A DNA stretch of 64,000 nucleotides from the NCBI GenBank assembly GCA_020536535.1, contig JAHLWZ010000222.1:124001-188000 (forward strand). Direction: 5' to 3'. The position numbers and the translations under genes were made by a program. Under the pieces are notes generated by a model. The model was not told where the DNA came from and ran no database searches. It saw only the letters and a program-made list of their open reading frames with translations. Below, in pieces: positions 11,584 to 23,573 of this stretch. The stretch's first letter is position 1. Each line of letters begins with the position of its first letter. The stretch comes from Pelomyxa schiedti (lineage: Eukaryota > Protista > Evosea).

Positions 11584-13144
11584 ACAACAAAACGCCACAC
11601 ACACCAGCCTCCCTACCACCCCCTCAGGGTCGCCCACGCAAACGCACCCTCCCCCGCCCCCGCAAGCCCCCCCACAGCAGCCTCCGCCACAGCCGACGCC
11701 ATCCACGGCGCAGCAGCAGCAGCAGCAGCAAGGGGGGGGAGGGGCAGCGAGGCACCACCGGCACATAGGGAACATACAGTGCAACCAGGAGCCGCGGGGG
11801 GGCAGCAGCCGCCACGTGTGCGGGGAGTGCCTGCGGACGACGGTGCGGTCGGGGCACAGGCCGGGCGACCCGTGGGAGGGCGACCTCAAGTCGGGCACCC
11901 ACACCTCCGTGCACGCCATGTGGAACGTGCAGGAGGTCACCACCTGCTTGTGCGACGAGGACGTGGTGTTTGCTAGGTGGGGTCTCAAGAGGCTGGACCT
12001 GCTGCACTTCTTTTGTATGTCTGTATAGGTGTCCGTCCCGATGTGGTGTGATGGGATGGCTTGGCTTTTGTTCTTATTCATTTACTTGTATATAAACAAC
12101 TGTCCTGCTACTGGACTCAACTTATCTTATTAAGCACTACATACTAGTTCCATACACCAACTCTAAAACCTGTATGGAATACGCCACTTGTAAATTTTAC
12201 TGGCTATTTTATTAGTATATATAATTATTTATATGTTTCTAACATTGGCTCGATAATGGTTTTTAAGTGCTCGATCGTTTTGCAATATGTGAGGAATGCC
12301 TTAATGGGTTGGAAAGCCCTCTGCGGAGAGAGTATAGCCACGTTTGGCTCTCAGGCTTTAAAGAAGCAAAACCACAGGTACAGTTCCATTTATCACAATG
12401 ATTTCCAACATAACCTCAGGGGACATGTGCCGATTGCCGAATGGTAGTACGAGTCTATAAACCAGTTATGACTGAGTGCTGGGGATTACATCCACTCAAT
12501 GGGGATAGTCCCTTCTTATGTAAAAAATGCTTGTGGACAAGAAGTGTACCCTCTATCGATAAGTCAATGACCAGAGAAAAGCACAAATCAATTCTCATCC
12601 AGATCATTTCCTTGCTTCCCTCATGTTTCTTTTAAACTCGTTAATGTCCCAACTTACATTTTCTTTCTCCCAAACAGTCCCACCAGCAATAAGAGAGGCC
12701 CTTATCAAAATTCTGCAGAACTACTACTACTTCCAAACCATTGTGATGCACATATCAGGGCACTTCCACATCAACCGGGAGAGGTTGAATGACAGGAACC
12801 AGTCTATTCACGGTTGGCTAGTTGTGTTCTCAGACACAGTTCTCCCCCTGCTCTCCACCACTGCCACCGCACCACCCCCAGAGGAACTATTCGAGTACTA
12901 CCTAACATTCTCGCAACTGAACTGGCTCGCAACCACCATATACTCACTTAAGAACTGCCCCGAGGCCCTTGTAATTCAGCAGAAGTTCCGTCGCGAGGAC
13001 TTTTGCACACTGGCTTGGCAGTTCCAGCAGCGGCTGGCTCTGTTCCCATCACTCAAGACACACCCACCACATCCATTCCCTTGGGCGTCGTTCTTCATTT
13101 GCAATCCTGTGGTTGTGAACCCCTTTGGTGGGGGTATGTCATAG
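11159..13144 (+). CDS. Hypothetical protein, Q/P-rich N-terminus with Cys/His-containing segments
   Basis: Consecutive plus-strand ORFs 11150-12028, 12256-12447, 12441-12635 and 12623-13144, separated by intron-like AT-rich segments. Confidence 0.55.
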
Positions 13145-13286
13145 TATGAATACAAGGAAAAAAGGAACTGCGTTTTTTTTTTTGTTGTTATCTGGGGCTG
13201 TTTGGCCATGGAAGGAAAGCTAGAAGGGAGAAAATTCGGCCTCATCCAAGTCTTCTCTTTGTTGTGCGGATTCTTCCACCCAAGCT

Positions 13287-16200
13287 TTATCCACGAAGAA
13301 CTAGTTGAATAAGAGATAAATTGGTAAGGTGGTGTGTGACCTTGTGAGTCCAGCCAGCTTGCCTTTGAAGCTCAGGTACTCTCGTCAAGTCACTCTTATC
13401 CATAATAATGTGTGTTACGGAGACTGTCACTGAGTTGGAAGTGGTAGCACCAAAAAATGTGGCAACTGCCTCGGTGGATTCCAGGGAACAATTCTCAATT
13501 GGTGTGCTTGCATCACTGGAGGATGTGAATTTCGTTAGATGAAAAGGTAGCATTACCTTACAATGCGGAATTTGTCAAAATAAAATACATAGTTGCGGAA
13601 GATTGACCACCACACCTTGGGAAAGTAGTGCTGCTCTAGTGGCATCACATCAATCTAGAAAAACATTAGGTGTTGCGGAGAAAAAGCCTTAGCTACATCT
13701 ACATCCTCAAGGGAAGCTTGCCCAGTGAGCTGTTTTTTAATTTGGAGGAAGACCTGTACATGTGAATATGCCATTGTGTGAGGAAATACGATACTTCGCT
13801 GAGTGAGGCAGCTGTTGCCTCCTTTGTATACGAGTCCCCAAATCGATCAACCTCTTTTTGGAAACGTTGTTTTGTAGCTTCTGTAGTAAATAACATGTAT
13901 CTGCTCTTAAGTCAGATGTCTCCAATTCACTATTCATTACTTAGGTTCAAATGGGATAAGCTTATTCTGCGAAACGCAAGCAAGTAACCAGGCTGCATCA
14001 GCAATGTCAGAAATGCCTTTTTCCATCAGATTCTTGACCTTGACAGCTGTTTTCCCCCGTTGTTATTAGGGAAGAGTGATTTGGTGACAATACTTTTTTG
14101 AGAGGCAATGCAACACAGTGTATTTGAAGTAGGGTACTGTACTTTTGTCCCACCACATTGCACTATCGACCTCTCCAATTCTTCTTTTGGGTGCTCAGGT
14201 GATGCATTCAAAATACCTGGCCACTTATTCAGTGAGTGGAAAAGAATTTGTCAACCCTACAAAGTTCTACGCCATTAAATATGTTACTGGTGACCTGGAT
14301 CTGTGATGTGTCCGTTGCTCTATATGCGTCAATAACTGATAATACCCCCTGTTTGCTTCTTGTAAGCCAATACATCCAAAGGATTACATACTTTTTTATG
14401 TTCGGTACGCTGCACTCTTCTTTTCTTTTCTTTTGTTACTCCTGACGGTGCTTTCTGAAACACGGCGGAGAAAGGTCTCTTGGCATAGCGGCCTTCCGCG
14501 GCAAATCTTTGTAGCTCTACACAGAAAGAATTGTTATGTTGAACAGGGTATTGAATTGGAGAATAAACCTTCTAAGGTTAGACATTCGTTCCAGTCTTTG
14601 TCTGCTCGAAATCTCACCACACGAGGAAACCTCAAGGTGAACCCTGCCTTGTATTTGTCGGAGGGCACAATCTGTGCAGCTTTGACTTGGATGATTTTGG
14701 AACTAACGAATATGTTAACTATTAAAAAACCACCGAAGTACAAACTGTTGAGGTTCGATCCAAACATCTGGCTTCTCTTTAAAACCTTCCGCAAGTTGAA
14801 TACTCTGAGGAGGTGTATTGGTCTGAAAAACTCGCCAATGTGGTTCAAGTTGCTTTTGTAAGACGGCCAATTCAGAATCAGAATAGCCTGTTCCAACTTT
14901 GGCAAGGGAATGAAAGCTGTTCTTGAGTGGGATGCCGTATTACCGAATACACAAAGGACATACACAATTTGTTCCTCATTATGGGCTAGAACCCCAATCA
15001 TGAAATGTGAGATGGTGCCACCTCTTCGATTCCCAGTTCCATAGTATCCACCTGGGTTGCGTAAGTGTTGACTATGGGTAAAACAACGACCTAGAATAAG
15101 GACATCCAGATCATCACCAATTCCGTCAACATATTCTGGCTTAAGCTTGAGCCACTTTTGCTTTCTTTCACCAGGAACATAGGTACTATCTAAGTTCTTC
15201 AGCATAATTCCTTCTTCTCTAATGACGTGTGAGGAAGAAGTATGAAACAGAAGTAGTTACCTGTTTAGTATGGCAGCATCCAATGCCGTAATAACCTCTG
15301 CTGTTGTCTTGGCTGGCCTCTGTTCAACAAGTTCTAAAAGTTTGGGTTTCGGACTGTGCATGTGCAGTCAGGGTTTTTCATAATTTTTGTTGGTTTTTTG
15401 GGAAGGTACTTTACAATCCGCTTGAGGATAGCGAACCTCTGCTGGAGGGTCAGACTCATCAGTGACTGCCCCTTGACGAATAGCACATCGAAAACCACAT
15501 CTAACAATATGTGCAGTTCGCAAAAAGAGATAAAGACATACAGCACAACTGTTTCCCCCAATTACGTGAATCAGGTCCAGCCTGTGAGTCACCAACAAAG
15601 TCTCGAGCATATGTGGCTTTTGAAGTAAGTATTGTTTGGTATAACTTCAGATACCAAAAGACTTCAGCTTGCCAAATTCCTCAAATCTCTCCGTTATAGT
15701 ATCCCACACAATTAACTCTCCATCCAGGATGCATCTTTTCAAGAATTACCATGAAAAGGAACTTAATTCCAGGAAACTGACGAGGATACAACTACTCGCT
15801 CCCGGATGACTGGTGCAAGCTTGCTACCATACATATGGGAACAATTGTTGCAATTTCTTGTATACAATTCAATCTTCTCACCATCTTTGTGTGCTTGAAT
15901 TCTTTCGCCATCGAATTTTGTCTGTGTGAATGTCACAAAAATTAAAGCCACTCACAACCTCTATCACAAAAGGGTGTCCTTCCATGAATTTGACTACTTC
16001 CTCTGGGGGGTGCCTGCTTGCCAACATGGGCTTGATTGGATGAAATAACGCAATGACCTAGATAATCTTGAACACGAACTCCACAATGGAAAGCCAGTAC
16101 ATACATCGTGCTGGTCCAAGTGGAAGTCAGGATTCTGCAATTCTTCACAGACTCGTCGAAGGTTACTCGTAACATTATAGATGTCCATTGCTTTCTCGTG

Positions 16201-17103
16201 GAAGTAATTCAAGAGAGACTTTTCAGAAATCCCAATCTTAAGTTCTGTAAAAAAAAAAAGTTCTTTCAGTGTTCGAGGATGCTACTAACAAGACTTCAGT
16301 TTAAGGCCTTTCCTTTCAAAATTATTCTCACAATCCACTTCTGTTCTTTGGCCGACGAGAGCCGTATCATTTTCTTTAGAACAGCAACTTTGTCCTGCCT
16401 GCTCATGGTGAGGGTTGTAGTCTTGTCTTGACCATTGGATAAACCGCGTTACGGAGGTATTAAGCTGGTCAAGGTAAAGGTTGAGATCGTATAAAGACAT
16501 CTTCCCGGACGTGATCTCACAGCGGTTCTTCAAAGAAAGGAAAACAGCATTTCCAAAGTCGCCAGCTTCCTGAGTAGCAATGAATGAACAAAAAAAATCT
16601 CAGCGCAAAACTGCAGGAAGCCCACCACATTGGACGTGGGTTTGCGCCAGTGAATGAGCCGTACACCATCATCGGATGTGGGACTAATCCCAAGCAGTTC
16701 CACATACAGTTTGGCAATGTTTTTCTCTTTCATCCCATAAGTTGCTCTTTCCCTGTCCAACTTTCACAGTCACTGACAAGAAGAAGGGGAGAATATGGTA
16801 GCGTTGGTTTGGCTCCGCGACCGCCGCCCCGCCTACCTGAGGCAGCAAAATCCTCATCAGCGGGAAGAAGTTGTCGTCCCTGTAGTGCGAGAAGAACAGT
16901 TGCACCAGCCTCTTCTTCTTCGTCGAGCTCGGCTCGCCATACACCCTCTCCAGCAACTCCACGACACCCGAGAACGGCACGCACCGATCGAACCCCCCTG
17001 ATCCCGACGCCGACGACGTGGCGCTCGTGCTCGTGCCCGTGCTACTAGTAGTTGTTGCCGCTGTCGTTGGGCTCAACTTCGATGGATGGTCGTCGGCACT
17101 CAT
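13287..17103 (-). CDS. LIG4: DNA ligase IV (NHEJ)
   Basis: FFPLMRILLPQ, DRERATYGMKE, adenylation motif TKFDGERIQAHK, KWLKLKPEYVDG..DLDVLILG, GYYGTGNRRGG, TLRFPRV, and C-terminal BRCT-like exons. Confidence 0.95.
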
Positions 17104-17186
17104 TGTTGTTTGAAGCAGAACAAATTTGTACTAAAAGAGTCTTTTCTATGAAGCTAAAAAAAAAACAAGTTGGTCGCGCTGGGGGT

Positions 17187-17416
17187 TCAGTGGTCGCCGG
17201 TGATACGAGGGGTGATGCCTGTGGTGGTGCTGAAGGTCGTGATGATACGGCGCAGTCGCTCAGCGTTGGCCTGCGTGGGGTGCAAAAGATTAACAGCCAG
17301 ATAGGGGAAAAGAGTAAATAAAGATGTACCTCTTCCGCGGCCTTGTGGGAATCTGCCGCCTGCTGAAGTGCGTTGTCGACTTCTTGGATTAATGCCAGAG
17401 TGACACTTGTCTTCAT
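17187..17416 (-). CDS. Small hypothetical coiled-coil protein, or terminal exons of the upstream gene
   Basis: MKTSVTLALIQEVDNALQQAADSHKAAEE joined by a GT-AG intron to ANAERLRRII...GDH*. Confidence 0.35.
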
Positions 17417-17537
17417 CAGTTGGTTTCCTTGGGTGTTTTTTTTTTTTTTTGAAAGTAATGTACACACTTTATTCGAGTGATGGTTTCTGTTTGCAGTTGC
17501 TCACCTAGTGGTTAAAAGGTCCTGTTAGATTTACCCT

Positions 17538-18756
17538 TTATTTCAAATGTGAGCAACCGAAGTCAAATAAAGATGGCTCTTTCTTGAAAAGAGTGAGCCA
17601 TGTAGTCAGGATTGTAATACAATGTAAGGCATTCCATATTGTACTTCCCTGTGTACATAGGTCCTGTGTCCATTGGGGAACATAGGCACCAGGTGCATGT
17701 AATTTATCTTTAGGGGAATATAAAAAAATAGTACGGAAAAGAAGTGCAGAAAGAAGCACACTTTCTAGGTCAAAGACCTTCTGATAGTGCATTTCTACTC
17801 TGTTAAACATGTCATTGGAATAAACATGGCTCGGTCACCTTTTCCTAAACTCCTCGAGTCCTTGCATATTCACTTGACCCAATTCAGGAAAGAGGTCACA
17901 CCCTAGCATGGTTATAAGCCTTGTAACAATTAAGCCACAACCTGTGGGGAGGAAATAGTCCGCGATTGTAGAGAAAGACTTCAATGAAGAATACTTCGGA
18001 TAAAACTTGGGTTGGGGTAAGGTGGTGAAAGAATGAATTCGAACAACTTGGGTTACTCGACTCTTTCCACTAAGAAAGGTCAGGTTATTGGTAGAGAAGT
18101 TTTTTTTAACTCTGTCGAGGTGCGGCTGAGACAGAGAGCTACAGATTTAATGAGACTTTTAATAAAAAGAAGGAGAAAAGAAGCTTCGAACACCAACCTG
18201 ATGATACTGTTGCAGTTCTCTATCATGAAGGAAATGCACTCACACATTTTCAAATTGACACTGGGCTTTGACAATTGTGTTGGGTATTGTTGTCTTAGGC
18301 AGCTGTGTGCCTCCGTAGGGATAAATTTGCCATTCAAAGTATAAGGAATTAGAAACCACTGTTTCGAACCCTAGTGACGGTGAGAGGGGAAAAGGAACGT
18401 CGGTTTTGTGGTATTTTTTTCATTACCTTGCTATCAGTTCCCTGCACCACAATTTGAGAAGTAGGTGGGATTCCCGTCCAATTCGCGAACTGTTACGCTC
18501 AACCCTAAGTTCGACGATACAAAAAAAGAAAAAAAAAAACACTCTCGAGAGGCACCTTGTTCGGTACGTCGGAGGTAGGCAATAGTATCAAGTTGTAGCA
18601 CAGATTGGGCGGGTCACAGGGTCCCCTGGCACAAGGTGGCTCAAACCAGTACACAGGAACCTGCTCGACACTTCGGTTGTTGAAGACACCTCCCGGTAGG
18701 AGTGGTGGTGTAGCCACGGCCCCGCTGCGCTGTTGATTCATCCCACCAGTGAACAT
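17538..18756 (-). CDS. Hypothetical protein (multi-exon)
   Basis: Series of minus-strand ORFs (18505-18756, 18080-18337, 17538-17810) with intron-like spacers. No family recognised. Confidence 0.45.
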
Positions 18757-19041
18757 CCCACGGTTTTAGTTGTTTTTTTTCGACAACAAACAAAAATCAT
18801 GACAATTCGGGCAAGCAACTTGGGCTTTTCCTCTGTTCGACCCTTTGGAAGAGGTCCGGGAATCTGGGTACCCACCGTTTATGTTGTTGGGGGAGTGCTA
18901 TCTCCTGAGCATCACAGAGCTGCCATTCCCGCCAGCATAAGTTCCAAAGCTTCAACTTAGGAACTTTTCGAAAAGTTCCTTGCTTGGCCGGTCAGTACCA
19001 ACTCCCGCCATGGCTAACTAACTTCCCCCTATTTTCCCCCA

Positions 19042-20080
19042 ATGTCCCACGTCCACGAATCCACAACCAGCAGCAGCAGTAGCGCCGCGGCCGAGCACCC
19101 CGTGCCCGCGCCCGCGCCCTCGGACCCGCACCCCTGCTCCAAGCTCGAGGCCATACACACCTACATCCTCCACTTCTTCAGGCAGCAGCAGCAGCAGCAC
19201 CGCGGCGGCGGGGGCGCCGAGGACCCGCGGGGCCCGCGCGCCGAGTCGTCGCCGGCGACGGGCGACATCACGGTCCGCGGCGTGCTCGCCTGCGTGGACA
19301 TCGACGAGACCCTCATATTCAACATACAGACGGCCGTGATGATGATGCAGGAGTGCCCTGCGGCCCCGTCGTCGGACGACGACCCCGAAAGGGGGCTCAG
19401 GACAGTTGGGGAACTGCAAGAGCTGATGACGAGTGGCGGCAAGAAATACGCTACGACGAGGATTAAAGCTGTCCAGTTCCTGGACCAGGTTTCTCTATTC
19501 TTTTTTATTATTATTATTACTATTATTCAAAATATCTGTATGCATTATATCTATCCTACGAACTACTATGTTTGTTGCTGTTTCTAATCACCAAACTGCT
19601 TTCTTTTCTTTTTTTTCCTCTCCCTTTCTCTCTCCTCTCTCCTTTCCTTTTCCCCTCCCAATGTACTGTGGGGAAAAAAAAAACAAGCTGCAACGTGAAC
19701 TTGGGCCTGAAAACGTACTGCTCATTACTGCCAGGAGTAGTGAGGCTGCAACAGTAACAAAACAACAACTGAGTGAATGTGGATTTCCAAGTGAACAACT
19801 GAACATACTGTTTGCCAACAAACAACCCAAAGGGCTGTTTGTCAAACAATGGCTGGAACAAAATGGACGATTAGCTGAATGTAGAGGAATTGTTGCTATT
19901 GATGACATGACTGGGTAAATTCCCAACTCCCAACTGAGCATCCAATACCCAAACAACACATACCCACACCAATCCCACAAACTTCAAAGGGAATATTTCT
20001 TGGACAGTTACCCCCTGGCTTTCCCTGAGATGAGAGATAAAATCCTACTCCTGAAATTCCTGACCTATGGAACTTTCTAG
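19042..20080 (+). CDS. HAD-superfamily phosphatase-like protein (DUF2608-like)
   Basis: Motif I CVDIDETL (DxDxT), motif II LITARS, motif III KQPKG, motif IV AIDD; two introns. Confidence 0.7.
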
Positions 20081-20350
20081 TATTTTTAATGTGCCCATGC
20101 TTGAGACTCACTTGGAAGCCCATCAATGAAACAGAAAAGGTCTTGACTCTCTGTACCAGGGCAGGGAAAATTTCTGAAACATCTGTCTGGCCATCTCTGG
20201 TCCAGACACTTGTGAGCATTTCAGAATCTTCCCTGTGTCTGTCAGACACTGCCAACCAAGACCCAAACACCAAAAAAAAAAAAAAAAATCAAACAAAATT
20301 TGTGTGAATTTTTGTTGTTCTTTTCTTCCCCCCCTTTTTTTTTTTTGGAA

Positions 20351-21517
20351 TTAGAGGTCTTCCTTTTGTGTGCCCTGGTCAATAAACTTCTGACATGACA
20401 TGAACTCGTCAACAGTCAAACGGTGTTGCAGAACATGTGTGCACAAAAGAGGGATATCTCCTTCCCTCTCAGGTCTGATGTCCGGTATGTGTATTCTGGT
20501 CAAATCAAGAGGTGCAAGCAGAATACCTATCCCGGCATCTTCATTTTTGAACTCTCTTTTTTTGTGGTTAATTGGAAAAAGTTGGTTGGTTGTCAAAGGA
20601 CCTAAGAGGCACTGCCGGCTGTGCCAGGTATGAAACAACATCATAAGTTAGCGCATATCCACAGCCAGACATATAGGGGAGGAAAGTCTGGCAATCCCAC
20701 CAGTTTGGTTCGTAATATTTTGCGTTAGGAGAGTGATAGACATATGAATTGCTAGGATGAGGTCATCAACTAGATAAGAACAATGCACTACCCACTTGTG
20801 TTGAAAGCCTAGGTACGCATATTTCTTGTTTGAGTGGAGTCGGAAAATGGCTAAAAATTTCTGATAAAGTTAAACTCTCCCCTGGATACACTCTAAGACA
20901 ACCATACTGGCAGGTTCAAGAAGCTGTCATCGTCAACTTTCATTAGCCAGTGATATCCACCAAAAGGGTATTCCCTTTTTGCCCACCGCGTCACTGCTAG
21001 TGTTTTCCTCATCAACAGGGCATACTGCTCGACTGCATCCACTTCAGCAATATCATGGAATTCCGCCTAATTTTTGGTCAGTCAATATCCAATGCATAGT
21101 CCATCACAATAGATAGTAACAGCTGGCCATAGAAACAACTTGTTCCGCCTCCACTTTCTTCCTTGTTTCGGGGTCCAACTGAGAGAAATTCCCAATGGCA
21201 AACTTATACGCCACTCTCACACCAACTCCCTCACTGTCCCTTATCACCACTCCCTCGCCCGCGTGCGTTCGCAATTCGCCGTCGTCATCTGCAACTGCTG
21301 CAGTTGCAGTTTCGGCGGTGGTCACCAATTGCGACAAGTAGGTGCTGCGCGCGGCGGACCTCAGAGCGAAGTTCTTTGGTGCCGAAGTTATTACGGCCAG
21401 CAGCAACAGCTCTGGATGGTCGTTGGCACCACCAGCCGTCGATGCTAAAACTCCACTGACAGACAATACTGCCACTACCGCAGCCGTAACGGCTACCAAC
21501 GATTGCGTGGGGCCCAT
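20351..21517 (-). CDS. GT31 beta-1,3-galactosyltransferase family protein
   Basis: N-terminal signal/TM segment, VITSAPKNFALRSAARSTY, WLMKVDDDSF (DxD), YMSGCGYAL, FKNEDAGIG. Confidence 0.88.
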
Positions 21518-21802
21518 CAGACAGTTTTTCCTTGTGGCTTTCAGTTTTGTGAGCAGAGTGACTGGAAGATCTTTCAAGTGGTCTGGGTATTGATACACTC
21601 TGGAGGTTTTGTTCCAATTGAAAAGAAGGAAACAGAGAAGCTCGGTTAGATCCTACAGATTAGAGAGAAGATTTTGTGATGCAACTGTTGTTCTATCGCA
21701 GTTGTTCGTTTTCGGTCAGGTACTTTAATTTTTTCCCTTCCCGGCAAAAGAAACTTTTTTTTTCTCGTTCTTTCATCTCGGGAATTTGCTGCACGAGCGC
21801 AG

Positions 21803-23232
21803 ATGGTGCGACACTGCGCCACATCTTTCTTTTACTTTCTTTGTCGTCGTTCTCGTCGTTTCTCGTTTCCTTTTGCTCGCGTTCGTCGCGTTCAAGAACG
21901 ACGTTTCGTTTCCGTTTTTTTTCCTCGTTGATCCTTATTGTTCTTCAGGCACGCGGGCCAAAAAAACATTTGAAGCGCATTAATGCGCCCAGACATTGGA
22001 TGCTGGACAAGCTTGGGGGTGTTTGGGTGGGTTATTTATCTAACTTTCTTGATAACTCAAATTTGGGCACCATGTCGCCACCACCGCGTTTTCCTCGTCA
22101 ACCCAATTGGGTTTGGCAAACCACTCACCCAATCCTCCTTAGGCCCCACGCCCTTCAAGTGGGCCTCACAAGCTCCGCGAGTGCCTTCCTTTGATCATTA
22201 TGCTCCGAAATCGCATGAAGTACGCTCTTACCAGGAGAGAGGTTCTGGCCATTGTTATGCAGAAACTCATCAAGGTTGACGGCAAGGTTCGCACTGACAT
22301 GTGCTTCCCAGCAGGATTCATGGGTAATCTTTTGTGGGATTGAGTGTGTCAACTTACAGACACAGATGTTATCTCCATTGACCGTGTCCATGAGCATTTC
22401 CGTCTTCTCTATGACACCAAGGGCCGTTTTGTTATTCACAGGATAAGTGATGCTGAGGCCAAGGTCCGTTCTACTCCTCCAGTTTTATGCCTTACTTTTC
22501 CTACAGTACAAACTTGTCCGTGTTAGGGAGCGTTTCACAGGGAAGGGAGGTGTTCCTTACATCTCCACACATGATGGAAGGACTTTCCGATATCCCCACC
22601 CTGAAATCCATGCCAACGACACAGTCAAGTACAACATTGAGACCCACGAACTTCTTGAGTTCGTCAAGTTTGAAGTTGGTAAGTTCCGTCGACCCGTTTT
22701 TGCCAGCCCTAATTTTACCCAAGGTAACCTTGCCATGGTTACTGGTGGACACAATCTTGGGCGTGTTGGTCTTATCATGCGCCGCGAGCGCCACCCCGGC
22801 AGCTTTGAAATCATCCACTTGAAGGATGCCGTTGGCCACGAGTTCTCCACCAGGATCAACAACGTGTTCTGCATTGGCAAGGGGAGCAAGAGTCTCATAA
22901 CCCTCCCCCGCGGCAAGGTCCGGATCCCTTCCCCACTTCAACACCCCCTCCCTCTCCTTTCTTTTCCTTTCCTCTCCTAACTAACCTTCACAAAATAGGG
23001 AGTCAGGAAGTCCATTCTGGAGGAGCAAGAGCAGAGGTACAAGCTGGAGAAGCAGAAGGCAGCAGCCGTGGCCGCCTCTGTTGGCAAGACCCCAGTAGTC
23101 AAGAAGGAGAAGTCCAAGGCCCCCGCCAAGCCCAAGACCGAAGCCAAGGAAGGCAAGGTCAAGCACAAAAAGGTCAAGCACACCTCCTTCACTGGCCAGT
23201 TCGCCCTCCCCGTCAAGAAGGCCAAGGAGTAA
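21803..23232 (+). CDS. RPS4: 40S ribosomal protein S4 (eS4) with a Lys-rich C-terminal extension
   Basis: ATG 21803-21805, intron 21806-21948, then [61 protein letters not shown]. Confidence 0.97.
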
Positions 23233-23573
23233 ATGTTCTCGACCTCAGTTCCACCCGCTCACACAACCCGATAACTAAAATAACAACAAGACACCCAACC
23301 CCCTTCTTGAGAGTTCTTTTTTCTTATTGGTTTGTTTCTCTACCTGCTTTTGTTGCTCTAATCTGTTACAAAAGTTTGTTGGAAAAACCCAAAACGGATT
23401 TGTGTTAAATTTAACACATTTGTGGGTCTTGTGGTGTAAAAATGTTGACTGGGTTATTTCTACAGAGCTCTTAGGGTTTGCGCACTCAACTCCTATCACC
23501 CTTGAGGTCCAAAGTATCAAACGGTTTCTTAAGAGAAAGTGTGTTAGAAATGACAGTGCTTATGAGTGTTAGA

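Noticed and set aside
11090-12081. Poly-Cys and poly-Leu minus-strand ORFs
   Set aside because: Antisense readings of CAG/CAA poly-Gln tracts.
17495-17540. TAGTGGTTAAA resembling a tRNA D-arm
   Set aside because: No T-arm (GTTCRA) or acceptor stem at the right spacing.
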